Under the pieces are notes generated by a model. That model saw only the letters and a program-made list of their open reading frames with translations, made no database searches and was not told the origin of the DNA. The translations under genes and the position numbers were made by a program. DNA of 63,086 nucleotides, the filler included, from Octopus bimaculoides (Eukaryota), in the NCBI RefSeq assembly GCF_001194135.2. It is 6 parts of 5 records of this genome, joined end to end, with 100 filler letters (N's around TTAATTAATTAA, not from the genome) between each part and the next. Parts side by side here need not be neighbours in the genome. Positions count along the whole stretch, not along the records: positions 35,889 to 51,425 come from NC_069003.1; positions 51,526 to 59,816 come from NC_068987.1; positions 59,917 to 63,086 come from NC_068985.1; 3 more parts are not named here. One strand, written 5' to 3'. Below are positions 49,050-62,039 of this stretch, in pieces. Each line of letters begins with the position of its first letter. Position 1 is the first letter of the stretch.

Positions 49050-49830
49050 AAGTTGCATGCCAGATCTTACTAGTGTTCATGCTACAAAAGCAAGATTGCA
49101 TTCACATCCCTGCTGGCCTAACTTGTAAAGAAATAAAATTAGAAAACAAATTATTAACATGTTATTCAGGGTCTAAACTTAATCGGCGTAGATAGAATGA
49201 AATTTTGGTTGAAGCATTTCCCTGCAAATGTCCTGGCTAGACAGTGGCTGGTTGTATTGATTTTGCTTCTCTTAAGAAGAACCAGCAACAGGAGTTGCTT
49301 TCACTACCTTGCTGGCCCAAGACTAACTTGTTTGAAAATAAAATTCGGAAACAAAATATCACCCAAGATTTAAACTTAAGCAGTAGTAAACGAAATGAAG
49401 GCCTGGAGCAAAACATTTACTTGGAAATGCCCTGACTTGGCAGTGGTTGGCTGCATCAGTTTTGCTTGTCTCAACTAAAACCAGCAGCAAAAGTTGTATT
49501 CACTGCTCTGCTATAGCCCCTGACTAACTTGTAAAGAAATAAAATTGAGAAACAAATTATTATCATCATCCAACAGGATTGAAACTTAATCAGTGGTAGA
49601 TGAAATGAAATCTTGGTTGAAGTATTTACCTGCATATGTTCTGGTTAGGCTTTGGCTGACTGTATCAGTTTTGCTTGCCTGAAGCAGAAATGGCAATGAA
49701 AGTTGCACTCCCTGCCTTGCTGACCCTGGACTAACTTGTCAGAAAAGAAATTGGGGGAAACAAACTCTTTCTGAATATTATCTGGGATTGGAGCTTGGAT
49801 CACTGATGGATGAAATAAAATTCTATACAA
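49050..49830. repeat. Degenerate ~200-bp tandem repeat, about 4 units, dimeric
   Basis: The anchor ctaacttgt occurs at 49118, 49323, 49524 and 49731 (periods 205, 201, 207). Confidence 0.9.
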
Positions 49831-49844
49831 AACACTTAATCGGG

Positions 49845-49880
<36 letters not shown>

Positions 49881-50306
49881 ACCATATCTGCTGCCACAAC
49901 CTCTTGTCTGTCCTTGACATTGTGGAATGTGAAGTGGGGTGGATTTCTTGGCAAAGAATGTTAATCATTCGAAGAATGTTGAAATTTTAAGTAACCCACC
50001 CACCTTGTGTGATGCGCCCATGCAGCGCAGCTGCACACAGCTGTGTATGTGTGTGTGTTTGTTAGGTATGTAGCAAAATCTATATTAATGTAGATATGTC
50101 TGGTGGTATTTATTAATTAGTAACAAATAAAACACAACCAACTTCTTCTAGTTTGATCCTGTTTGATAATTCAACATATTTATAAACACACACACACACA
50201 CACAGAGATACTCTTGTGTGTGTATATATATGTATACACATTCATATACACGTACATACACACACATATATGTATATAGACAAACACATACATGTATCTG
50301 TATGTA

Positions 50307-50370
<64 letters not shown>

Positions 50371-51382
50371 CATATTTACATATGTGTATACAACATATAG
50401 TTACATATGTATATGTGTGTGTATGTGTAGATGAATATATGCGTCAGCGTATATAAACATACACATGCATAAATACATGCATTTACACATTTGCAGACAT
50501 TTACATGTATTTTGATAAATTGCTTCGAATGTGTATGTGTGTGTGTGTATGTATTTGTATGTGTATATAATTGTGTGTATATGTATGTGTATATAATTAT
50601 GTGTATATTTGTGTGTGTGTGTGTGTGTGTGTGTTGATTACACAAATGCTGCCATTCTACATAGCTTAATTAAAAGCTCCTGCTACTTGATATAGAAATT
50701 TGTCATTAATGAAGCGATCTCATTATCTCCTTTCTTATTCTAATGGAATTTCCTTTAATGGTTCAATTAATATCATCCCCCCCTCCACCTTTCTCCCCCT
50801 GTCTCCCCTTCTCTCTCCCACTCTCTCTCTCTCTCTCTCTCTCCTTTTCTCTTTCTCTCTCTCCCTAACTCATAAGTCAGTGAAATTACTTTGTTTACAA
50901 GCTAAACAGTCTGTTGCACATTTATCTGCCATTTGCTTCCTCTCTCTCTCCCTGTCTGCCTGGGTCTTCTTCCTTCTTCCCTCCCCACTCCTCTCGCCCT
51001 CTTCGCTAATACCTGCTGACGATGCAGAGAGCAGGTGCTTGTTCGCTTCCAGTCTCTTAACAATGAGGACTTGAGATGAAACGTTAGCAAGATATCGGAA
51101 TCAACTCTCATGACGCAAGTTCTCTGTGCAACTCAATCTGTTATGAGATTTCGGAAAGGACTTCTGGTAATGCAGGTCTCCTTAGATCTTAGTCCGTTGC
51201 CATGTTTTCCAGCATTCAAACCAGATTTCTGCATGATGCCAAAATTTATGAAATTTACAAGCGTATGTCGACTTTTATGCCAAGATGACTAAGCCTGGAA
51301 TTATTTTGCTGAACCTCTAAGTTATAGGGACATAAACACTACAGCAATGGCAGGGGGGCGGCGAACAGACACACACACATAA

Positions 51383-51425
<43 letters not shown>

Positions 51426-51525
51426 NNNNNNNNNNNNNNNNNNNNNNNNNNNNNNNNNNNNNNNNNNNNTTAATTAATTAANNNNNNNNNNNNNNNNNNN
51501 NNNNNNNNNNNNNNNNNNNNNNNNN

Positions 51526-51730
51526 TGTTTCCCCCCACACACACACACGAACGCTTGACAACCGGTGTTGGTATGTTTACGTCCTCATAACCTAGCGGCT
51601 CGGCAAAGAGACTGATAGAATAAGTACCAGGCTAAAAAAACTATTGGGGTCGATTCATTCTGCTAAAAGTCCTCATAGCGGTGCCCCAGTATGGCTACAG
51701 TCCCAAGACTGAAAGAAGTAGAAAATAAAA
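51526..51730 (+). mobile_element. SINE family A, 3' half (plus an opposite-strand piece at 51300-51380)
   Basis: cgcttgacaaccggtgttggtatgtttacgtc..gagactgatagaataagtaccagg..gcggtgccccagtatggc. Confidence 0.82.
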
Positions 51731-52257
51731 CATAATGTCCGTAAAATATGAAATGCAGTGTTATACCATGAAGTACAAAGCATACAAAATGCTTATGAAC
51801 ATGTATATATATATATATATATATATACATGCTAGAAAAATTATGAATTTTTCATATTGCCAATAGAAAAAACAGAATAAGTTAAATAAATAAAAATGGT
51901 GTTTCCATTATTTTGTCCAATCCCTGTATCTGTGCGTATGTATATGTATAAATTTATATATATACATGTGTGTCGATGTGTGTATGTGTGTGTGTGTGTA
52001 ATTTTTGTGTCTATTTACTTGTGTGTGTATCTGTATAGACACACACGCACACAATCAATCAATCAAATATTAACATAGCTTCACACAAATTATCGTTATA
52101 AACGTAACAACTATGTATATGAAGTTAAACGGTACAATATATTACGACTATATAGATATATATTGGACAAATGCGATTACATAATATTTCATGTGTTTTC
52201 TTTGTCAGAGGCGGGGCACTAACAGAATATTTCAATGAGTTTGTTGTTCATTGATCT

Positions 52258-53062
52258 TTTCTCTTTCATCTTTTACTTGTTCACTCATGGACTGCGTCAT
52301 GCAGGAGCACCGCTTTGAAGGGTTTAAGCAAACAAATGTACACCACTACTTACTTTTAAGTCTAGTGGTATTTATTCTATCGGTATTCCGCCGACTCACA
52401 AAGTTATGGGGTGTAAATAAACCAGCATCGGTCGTCAGGCGTTGGCGGGGAAAAAGACAAAGACACACATATAAATAGATACATATCTGTATGTATGTGT
52501 ATGTATACATGTATGTATATATAGATAAATACATACATACCAATAGCGACTCCGGCTGTTCGAGCTTAGCCCGAGTATAAATCTAGTAAAATGAACATGT
52601 ATTTTTAAGCTGATTTAACTTCTACGAACACTGACTTCAAGTATGTGATTGCAGCCAATAACTCGAGCTCCTTTTATTGTGCCTGGTCGCAGTTCATTCA
52701 TTTTCGTTCAGGCGACAGTCAGATCGCTGATGTTTGTTGTTCACTCCGCTGTGGTTATTTGATTGCTCTTATTCTGTGGTCTGTGTGTAAAGATCAGTTG
52801 TGTTTTGCAGGATTACTTTATTTTTACCCTTAACTTAGAAATGGAAAAGATATAGTGCTAGAGATAAAAAAATAAGCCATTTGGGGCTAGAAATAAAGTT
52901 GGAAAATGTGAAATTCTTCGCGCAGGCATGTGTCCTATGCGAAACTTGAGATGAGCCCGAGTGACGATGCTGAAAACTGGAGTTGCCTCTGATATATACA
53001 TACATGCATACATACATGCATACATACATACATACATACATGTATTTATGCATATGTATGTA

Positions 53063-53154
<92 letters not shown>

Positions 53155-53278
53155 GAGGACAGTTTTCTCTTAGTTTCCATCTACCAAGTCTACTCACAAG
53201 ACTTTCGTCAGTTCAGGACTATAATAGAAGTCATTTACTCAAGGTAATGTGCAAGTCAACGTGGTTGAGAAGCAAACA
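52258..53278 (-). mobile_element. SINE family A split into a 3' half (52258-52480) and a 5' half (53156-53278)
   Basis: Both halves are on minus in the correct order, separated by microsatellites and ~450 bp of unrelated sequence. Confidence 0.7.
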
Positions 53279-54329
53279 TGAATAATATAAAAAGAGAGGC
53301 AGAAACAAACCTTCGCCGGAGTGTACACAGAATGGTGTATTGAAGTAAATGGTCATCAGGAGTGAATCAATTGTGAATAAACTGAATACGCTGTTTAGTA
53401 GAGACAATACATGGATGAGGAAAATAATGCAGTGAATGATACATGTAGAAATTAGGTGTGGAGTTTAAGGATGAAGGTCCAAGACGTTACTTCAGTATTT
53501 TATCTCAAAAGATCTGCGTAAAAAGAGATCAGGTGTTCCTATTACCAGTACACTTATTTCTCCGACCAAGCTGGAAGTACTACACATTGGAAGGATTTAC
53601 TGTAGCCAAACACTTAACTGTCTACAACCCAATCGACCAAGCTGTAATATACTCCATTATACAGTAGCTATAGCCAAAACAGCTGCCAATAACTATGCTT
53701 ACGTAACAATGAGTGAGTCCTTTTCAGTAGTATAGTTGTCTATACTGTATTCATGGTCAAGGCATTTAGCACTCAACAATCCAGCATTGATGAATTAACA
53801 ACTGTCGGGACTTTGATACGTATTCTATGAGATGTTGTGGCTGCAATATGTTGTGGGTGTACTGTGGTTCAGAATTTCGCTCCGCAATGACGAAGCCCTA
53901 CATTCGAACCCACTACATAGCATCGTGGGCAAATATCATTTTCTATAGCCCTGAGCGAAATTGGATAGATGAAAACTGTATAGAAGCCCGTCGGGAGGAT
54001 TGTACCTGTAAATTAAATGTATAATTATGTCGTACGCCGTGTTGCTCTGATTCGGCCTGAGAATTACATTAAAGGAACCTGTATCTTTGGAATGCTCATC
54101 TATATAAATTTAAATTTAGGTGCAAGTAATTCAGTTGATCGAACAGCTAAATCCTCATCGTCGACTAACGAAGATCCACCAGAATATTAGACGTTATTAG
54201 ACGTTATTAGACGTTATAAGTACAAATTTGTAACAGAAAAGTCAAGAGTGTACTTGAGAAGGTGAATGAGTACAGTCAAAATAAATAAATAAAAGAAAGA
54301 AGAAACTATCAACGGTCTTTCTCGAGTCA

Positions 54330-54545
54330 CTGTCTCATAAACCCTGTTAGCCGGGTTCTGCGGAGTATGTATTCCCTACTCACTGGACGGGATACCAGTC
54401 CGTCGGATTAGTCACTTTTGCCTGCCGAATGGACTGGAGCAACGTGAAATAAACTGTTTTGTTCAAGAACATAACGCATTGTTCGATCCAAGAAACGAAA
54501 CCATAATCTTACGATCACGAGTGCAACCATTAAGTTACGTGCCTT
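54330..54545 (-). mobile_element. SINE family C variant
   Basis: ctggacgggataccagtccgtc..ggactggagcaacgtgaaataaactgttttgttcaagaacataacgc. Confidence 0.75.
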
Positions 54546-55949
54546 CAGACAGACAAAATATCAGAAACAAACTGCAATTCTTATTTCAGAAGAGAAAGAC
54601 TGATAGGCCTGCTGCATCGTAAACGATAATGCAGCTGGATGAGTGGCTCGAGTCATGTTAGCTGCCCTGTTCCTTTTACCTCAAACTGGGGTTTCTAATA
54701 TCTACCATCTTCCTAATAACTAGCAACAGCTTATTATTGTTTAACACCCACCTCGGCTGGCTGTGGTTAAACCTATGATCTAAGGCATTCAAATCATGGT
54801 TCTCTCATTTATTCTTTGAAGCAGCTTATCTAGGACTAAGAAATATACTCTTCTATTTTTAAGACAACAAGGATTTGATAGGAGAGAGATTTGACTACTT
54901 ACTAACAGGTCGAAGTACCACGTTGAGGCACTTCTGTTTCCTTGTCAAGCTGCAAATTGTTGCTCTATTTTAACCATAGGTCTGCCTTGATAGAGATGAA
55001 CTGTGATCAACGACGTTCCAGCCATGACTATGCCATCATATTTTCAGACGCACTATGTCATCGAGGATTATATTATGAGGTATGTCATTCCTTATTTTAT
55101 ATGGCAAAATAATTAGTTGCGGATATAAAGCTGCTATTTCTAGGAAGCCGATCGACCACTTTGACACATCTTGATATAATCGTTCTGTATTGTGTCTACA
55201 GCGCACAAATGTAGTAGAACAGTAGACAGAAGTTTGCTTTGCAATCACAGAGCTCCACGTTCGAAGAATTTGCGCGGCATAGACAAATGTCTTTAAATAC
55301 AGAAATCTTCTTACCTTATGAGTAATCTGTATATAAATGAATAATATATCAATCTGTTATCAATCTTCAAGCAGTTTATCGTTAAAAACACTGTACTCTC
55401 GCTTTCTTTCTCCCTCTTTCTCCATTCTCTCTTCTCACTTGTATACATACATACACAGACACACACACTAACACACACATACATACATACATACATACAT
55501 ACATACATACATACATACATACATGATTATTGCTTTATTTTGAAAGATGATAGCCATCGCTATTAAGCTAAATTCTCAACTACGTTTGTGTACTCTAAGA
55601 CCAATCTTAAGACTGACAGTTGGCTTGCAAAGCCTCAAACATGTGGCAGATAAATTTTCAAAACCTATTCAACTGATTAAGTCTGGCACGCCATGACACG
55701 TCCATCACCACAGGACAGTAAGAGAGAGACAAGATGAACCAGATGAAACATCTGTGTGTCATTGCATTAAACTGACAAGTGCTTGTACAACATGTATCCC
55801 ACTCTCTAAGCATCAACCAACAGCAGGTTTGATTTCAGAGTGTCGTCCCTTAAACTTTTCCCTCCAACGGATATCTTCATGCATACGTACATACATACAT
55901 ACATACATACGATTTCTGACTTACGTACATGACCAGCAAGTTTGAGAGA

Positions 55950-56110
55950 TGGAGGAGTTAGTCGATACCATCGACCCAGTACTTGACCCCGGAGTAATGA
56001 AATACAAAGTTAATCTCGGCGTAACTTGAAACCAGAACGTAAAGAGCACGAAGAAATACTGTATGACATTATCCCTGATGTTCTAATGATTCTACAAGCT
56101 TGCCACCTTA
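55950..56110 (-). mobile_element. SINE family B, diverged
   Basis: agtcgataccatcgacccagt..cttgaaaccagaacgtaaagag..cttgccacctt. Confidence 0.7.
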
Positions 56111-56262
56111 TATATGAAAACATCGATGCTAGAGTTACTTCGACTTCCCAAAGTACTACATAACCATTATCAAGGCCATAGACAATCTAACTTTGCCTTG
56201 GACCACCATTCAGCAGAAAGTGGTTAAGTGGTTCGGTTCGTAGTGATAGGATACAGTATCTC

Positions 56263-56580
56263 AGCACTCCGTCGGTTACGACGATGAGTGTTCCAGCTGA
56301 TATGATCAATAGAACAGCCTACTCGTGAAATTAACGTGCAAGTGGCTGAGCACTCCACAGACACGCGCACCCTTAAAGTAATTCTCAGGAAGATTCAGCT
56401 TGACACAGAATGGCCCTTTGATAGACTTGTATAACTCTGTTTTTGCCAGCTGAGTGAATTGGAGCAATGTGAAATAAAGTGTCTTGTTTACGGACATCGA
56501 ATCATGTTCAAGGATACCGAACTCACAGCCTTATGATCGTGAGCCGAATACCCTAACAACTAAACCACGCACCTTCACTC
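56263..56580 (-). mobile_element. SINE family C, full length
   Basis: gcactccgtcggttacgacgatgag..ctcgtgaaattaacgtgcaagtggctgagcactccacagacacg..gaactcacagcc..taccctaacaactaaaccacgcacc. Confidence 0.88.
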
Positions 56581-57153
56581 AGTATCACTGTATACAGTAT
56601 CACAGAGATGTATTTCAAAGAAACACTCGTTCTGTGATTCTGTTTATACGCTTTCCTTATTGTTGTTCTTGTTAGAGTTGATGTGGCTATTTTCGTAGTT
56701 ATTCGTATTTTTTATCTTCTCAGTGCTTCACCCCTTCACCCCTTTCCCTTCTATGATTTCAGTGCTGCCGTCCTTTCGAATTTCGAGACTTTTCTCCTAT
56801 TAAAACCTAATCAAAAGAAAATGTCCTCGCTCCGCTTCGTTGAGAAACGAGTTGTTCGAAGAAATCAGACAAAAAACATACAAATGGGATTTCCATGATT
56901 TTCTGTTGATCTTCTTCTTCTTCGGAAGACATTATTCCTCGAAGAGTTTTCTACAATATGTTTTTAGTAGTTTGGTTTTAATGTAGATTCTGTTGATGTA
57001 GCTGTAGTCGTTGGTGCTGATGTTCTTGTGCTGGTCTTATTGTAATTTTTCTGTTACAGATGAAGTTGATATTTTTGTTGCTCTCCTTGTTCTTGCTGCT
57101 GCTGCCCTGTTATTTTTATGTTGCTGTTATTTAGCTTGTAGTTTCTGTTGTTG

Positions 57154-57186
<33 letters not shown>

Positions 57187-57322
57187 CATCGTCGTCGTCG
57201 TTGTTGTTGTTACGTTGTCATTGATCTTACTAACAGTGACGTTTTCTTTTTTGCTTCTTTTTCCAGAGGATCCAGAAATGTGAGACAGTTGGTGCCACTC
57301 AGATTTGAAGAACTGTGATCCT

Positions 57323-57373
<51 letters not shown>

Positions 57374-58155
57374 TTAGTAGTAGTAGTAGTAGTAGTAGTA
57401 TCTTTTGTATTCCTCCCGTGCGGAACTGGTCTGGAATTAAATGTGTATTTAATAAACCAAACAGATGAGTTTAATATGCGAATCTGCAACTGAATTTCTA
57501 AGTAATTCTTATAGCAGACTCACAGGTTAACGAAGTATCTCCCCATGTTCTAACCTCACCTCCAAAATCCCCAAATCTAAAATTTGGAGTTATCTTGTGA
57601 AACGAAATTTTGTAGAGCGACGAATGAGTTTCGAATGAGGCTAAATTCTTCAGTTATACATGCGTTAACTTTATCTTTCACCTTATACTTGATTTAGTTA
57701 TAGGACAGTGGCCAGGCGGGGACACCGCTTTGGCGAGTTTTAACCAAACGAATCGATTCCAGTACATATTTTTGGAAGCCTGATACTAAGTCCCTAGGTC
57801 ATTCAATGTTTCGCAACAGATCAATGGGACGATTGAGTAAACCTATCAATAATGAGCCTATAATGACTACTGGAAACAGCTGTAAGTCAAACTTACTACA
57901 ATAATGAAAAGTATGTAATGACCATTATTTATGCCTTGTCTTGTATAACACTTTATGCAAAAACCAGTATAACTGGAGCACAACCACGGATTTACAATAT
58001 GAAATGGTGGTGAGCCATAATCACTGACCGTGCTACAAGAATTTGTGGAGTTGTTTACTTATATAAACAATACTGTTAGCCTTGTGTATTAACTTATGAA
58101 GTATTTCACCCAGTTTGATAATCCCTTATTGATAATGCTGAGATATATATATATG

Positions 58156-58226
<71 letters not shown>

Positions 58227-58309
58227 TTGTGTGTGTGTGTATGTATATGTATGTATATGTATGTGTGTGTGTATGTATATGTATGTATATGTATGTATAT
58301 GTGTGTGTG

Positions 58310-58344
<35 letters not shown>

Positions 58345-58349
<5 letters not shown>

Positions 58350-59816
58350 CTATAAAAGGCAGATTTTCTCTGTGTGTGTGTATGTTTAAAATTCACACAT
58401 TTACACAATTCCAAATTTCTTCGATTAAACAATCGCAACTAATTTTCTAAATACAATAAGTTAGGTCACTGCGTCATTTTTTCACTCCAAAAAATTCCTA
58501 ATAGCGAATAAAATTCTTAAAACTACACAAGTAAACATTTTCTCCCTAATAAAATCTAATTTCTTCTTTCTAATACAAATCCTTTCAACTCCTACTTTCT
58601 CTTATGAACCTTTACGATCAATCCAACAACAAATACAAAAAGATCAAAACTGAAACAATCACATTTCGATACTGTAATGACAGATACTAAAACTACATAC
58701 AAAATTACTTTGAGCCTCTAAAATTAACTATTTCTATTCCTCTTACACATCGTTTCAATTGCTACTTTCTCTTATGAAGGTTTACGAACGATCCAAGAAA
58801 AAATACAAAGAAATGAAGGAGAGTGAGAGTCAAATAAACAGACACACTGCCAATCATACGTAAATACACACATATATATGTACCTATGGTTACCAATGAC
58901 CTCATTCTAATTGGCGGGAATTATAAGTTTACTTTCCATTTCTAACACCGTCATTTACCAGCGAGACATCTTTCTTAAATACGATCAACAAACATTTATT
59001 CCCTACAAACAGTGAGTTTTTTTTGAAAATCTTTTCATAAATCTTGAGATTAACACCCGCATCATTACCTACCTAACCCTAACAAACCCTACCCCTAACA
59101 CTGTAGTGAAAATCGTACGGGTGTTAATCTGAAAATTTAACAATCTTTTTTAAAACACTTTTACTTACTAACATCCTTTTTATTTAGTGTGTGTGTTGCC
59201 CATATATATATACACTTAAGACTGAGTTGTGGGTTGGGAGTTTGATCGGCAGAGGTCATTATTATTATTATTTATTTATTATTATTATCATTTTAAATTT
59301 TTCCCACAACGGCGGCTTCGGGCAGGTGGAGAATAGTCGATTATATTGACTCCTGTGTTCAACTGGTACTTATTTTTTAGACCCCGAAAGGATGAAATGC
59401 AAAGTCAACTTCGGCGGAATTTGAACTCACACACTCATACATACAAATATCTGTCATTCTCTTCCAAATATGATCGACAGTCAAACGTTTATTCCTTACA
59501 AACTGAATTTTTTTAATATCTTTCTTAAAGTGCATTTACTTACTACCATATATAGACACAGAATACACATTAATACACACATACATACAAATACCTGTCT
59601 TTTTTTTTATTTAGTGTGTGTGTGTGTTGCCCATCTTAATATATAATGCTGAAGTTCTGTACTTACTAACATTTTTTTATTTAGTGTGTATGTGTGTGTG
59701 TGTTGCCCATATATATATGCACTTAAGACATAGTTGTGGGTTGGGAGTTTGATCTGCAGAGGTCATTATTATTATTATTCAGATTAACACCCGCACGATT
59801 TTCACTAGGGTGTTAG
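58345..59816. repeat. Complex internally repeated element (170-bp direct repeats, ~500-bp degenerate tandem, 13-bp TIR mini-element)
   Basis: ctactttctcttatgaa at 58592 and 58762. The block ttgcccatatatatat..cacttaagac..gttgtgggttgggagtttgatc.gcagaggtcattattatt occurs at ~59195 and ~59703. Confidence 0.75.
59305..59428 (-). mobile_element. SINE family B, partial
   Basis: accccgaaaggatgaaatgcaaagtcaacttcggcggaatttgaactc. Confidence 0.8.
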
Positions 59817-60024
59817 NNNNNNNNNNNNNNNNNNNNNNNNNNNNNNNNNNNNNNNNNNNNTTAATTAATTAANNNNNNNNNNNNNNNNNNNNNNNNNNNN
59901 NNNNNNNNNNNNNNNNACTGATGCGATATACACATTAGCCACCTCCGCCCGGCCTTTTAGAGATAACTTTCTCTCGGCCCATGTTTGGCTGAGTTTGATC
60001 ACTCTACTGGTGATCTCGTCCCAG

Positions 60025-60100
<76 letters not shown>

Positions 60101-60412
60101 GGATAGAAGGAAGTGTGTATATGATGGCAGAGGATATACTGTTGGAAAGCGACTATTTGGCACTGGAGACGCACATCCGTTGCAGTTACATCCTGAAAAG
60201 CATAACGCGGATGATTTGCAAGACATCGCTTATATCGTTAGATTAGATCAGACGACTTATAGTAATAGCAATAGAATATGCTCCCCCCCCCACTTTACGA
60301 TCTCTGTTCCTCTTTAGTGTTAAATCACTCACTCTCCATTCTTTTGTTCAACTATATACTTAGTTTTCTTTGAATCAATCTGCCTCTCTGACGATCTATC
60401 TATCTATCTATA

Positions 60413-60485
<73 letters not shown>

Positions 60486-60628
60486 GTTTCTTTATTTTTT
60501 CTTTTCTCTCGCACTCTCTAACTGGCTTTCTATGTTTGTATATATACACACATACAAGCATATGTGTGTGTGTGTGTGTGTGTGTGTTTGTATGCAAATA
60601 GGTAGATACACATATACACATATAGATG

Positions 60629-60710
<82 letters not shown>

Positions 60711-61922
60711 TATATATATATACATACATACACACACACACACTCACACACACGCACTATTGTATATACACACATGCGCGCGCAGAAAAACAGACAGACA
60801 AACAGAGACAGAGAGAAACTGATAGATAGAGAAACATACACATTCATATATACACATTCATATATGGATACTTAAACACACGTTTGTGTATTTATAGAAG
60901 TATGTATATGTATATGTATCTGTATATGCATGGGTATTTATACACACACCCATCAATATATATATATATAAATATATAACTACATATATATATACACATA
61001 TATATATATTGGGACACATAAACATATATCAATTTGTATTTCCCCCTCTCAGTCTTTCCTCTCCTACCTACGTCACTCCTCTGTCATTCTGTTTCTCATG
61101 CTCCCATGCACTTACAGCCTTACACTCATACTCGTCCTCTCTCCTCCTCCTCTTCCCCTGTCTATTTCACTCTCTATTTCCTTAACGTTTTCCCCTTACT
61201 CTCATGCTGTTTTCATATATTTGCCTCTGTCTTCTCTATAGTTCATCTTCCTTTCCATCAATCAGGTTTCCCTGTTCTCTTTCAACTCCCCCATTCTCCT
61301 CTTTCTCAGCCTTCTAACTATGGGGTCCCACCCTTTTCTCACCTATCCATCAATGCCCTTCACAAGCTCTCACTCTTCTCTCTTCACCTCATCACATCCA
61401 TCTCTACCCCTTCCCCCTTCTCACTCCATCTTGTCCCTTCAATTCCACAACTTCGCAACGGACGGAAACTACAAACACAGATTTATTATAACTCTCGCTT
61501 CGTCCATCACTTCCTTCCTGTCCAGTCTATATCTCTAGCCATTGTCCAGTCACTGACCATCGTGTGGACACAAGCTGAGCCATGTATCAATTTCGGATTA
61601 CGCAGACGCCTCAGGAGTCTTTCCAAACACGACCACTCTATAAATATATATATCAAACAACCATCATGATAGCAGCTAAAACAACGATGCTGACAACGAC
61701 TAAATGAGGGATGACATTATGACGGAGTTCTCCTTACTCTTCATTAATTTCTTATTCTTCTACCCTATTCACGGGTCCTTCCTTGTCCTTCTAATTTCTC
61801 AGAGGTTCTCATGCTTATCATCCATGAGTTTATTCCTTCAATTTTGTTGAGTGACTAATCCCTCATGAGCTACACGAAGAAAGGTGTTAATCCGGGTTCT
61901 CTCTCTTTGTCTCCCCTATTTA

Positions 61923-62039
<117 letters not shown>

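Noticed and set aside
49107-49128. 17/22 match to mature miR-125 (tccctgctggcctaacttgtaa)
   Set aside because: Mismatches at positions 7-10 break the seed, there is no complementary 3p arm, and it is part of the tandem repeat unit.
49630-49734. Possible repeated 105-bp symmetric exon on minus (aag acceptor, CAG/GTAAAT donor)
   Set aside because: The frame is open only in this unit; the other units have in-frame stops and one lacks the GT donor.
49050-49830. CRISPR-like repeat-spacer array
   Set aside because: Eukaryotic context, the whole unit is homologous (no unique spacers), the period is too long, and there are no cas genes.
54186-54217. Short tandem duplications (attagacgtt x3; also 11573-11604, 3209-3240, 62911-62970)
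   Set aside because: Ordinary slippage duplications with no further structure.
56683-56898. Possible terminal exon after the acceptor tttcccttctatgatttcag
   Set aside because: The resulting ~44-aa peptide has no recognisable homology and there is no linked upstream exon.
59070-59100. Telomere or true interstitial telomeric array
   Set aside because: Only ~4 degenerate CCCTAA units, enclosed by TIRs; treated as part of a mini-element.
12799-59872. Recurrent TTAATTAATTAA motif (5 copies)
   Set aside because: Always centred in 44N+12+44N gaps; it is a scaffolding linker with six-frame stops.
61034-61669. 211-aa plus-strand ORF
   Set aside because: Pyrimidine-rich low-complexity DNA depleted of stop codons (S/L/P/F/H-rich); not protein-like.
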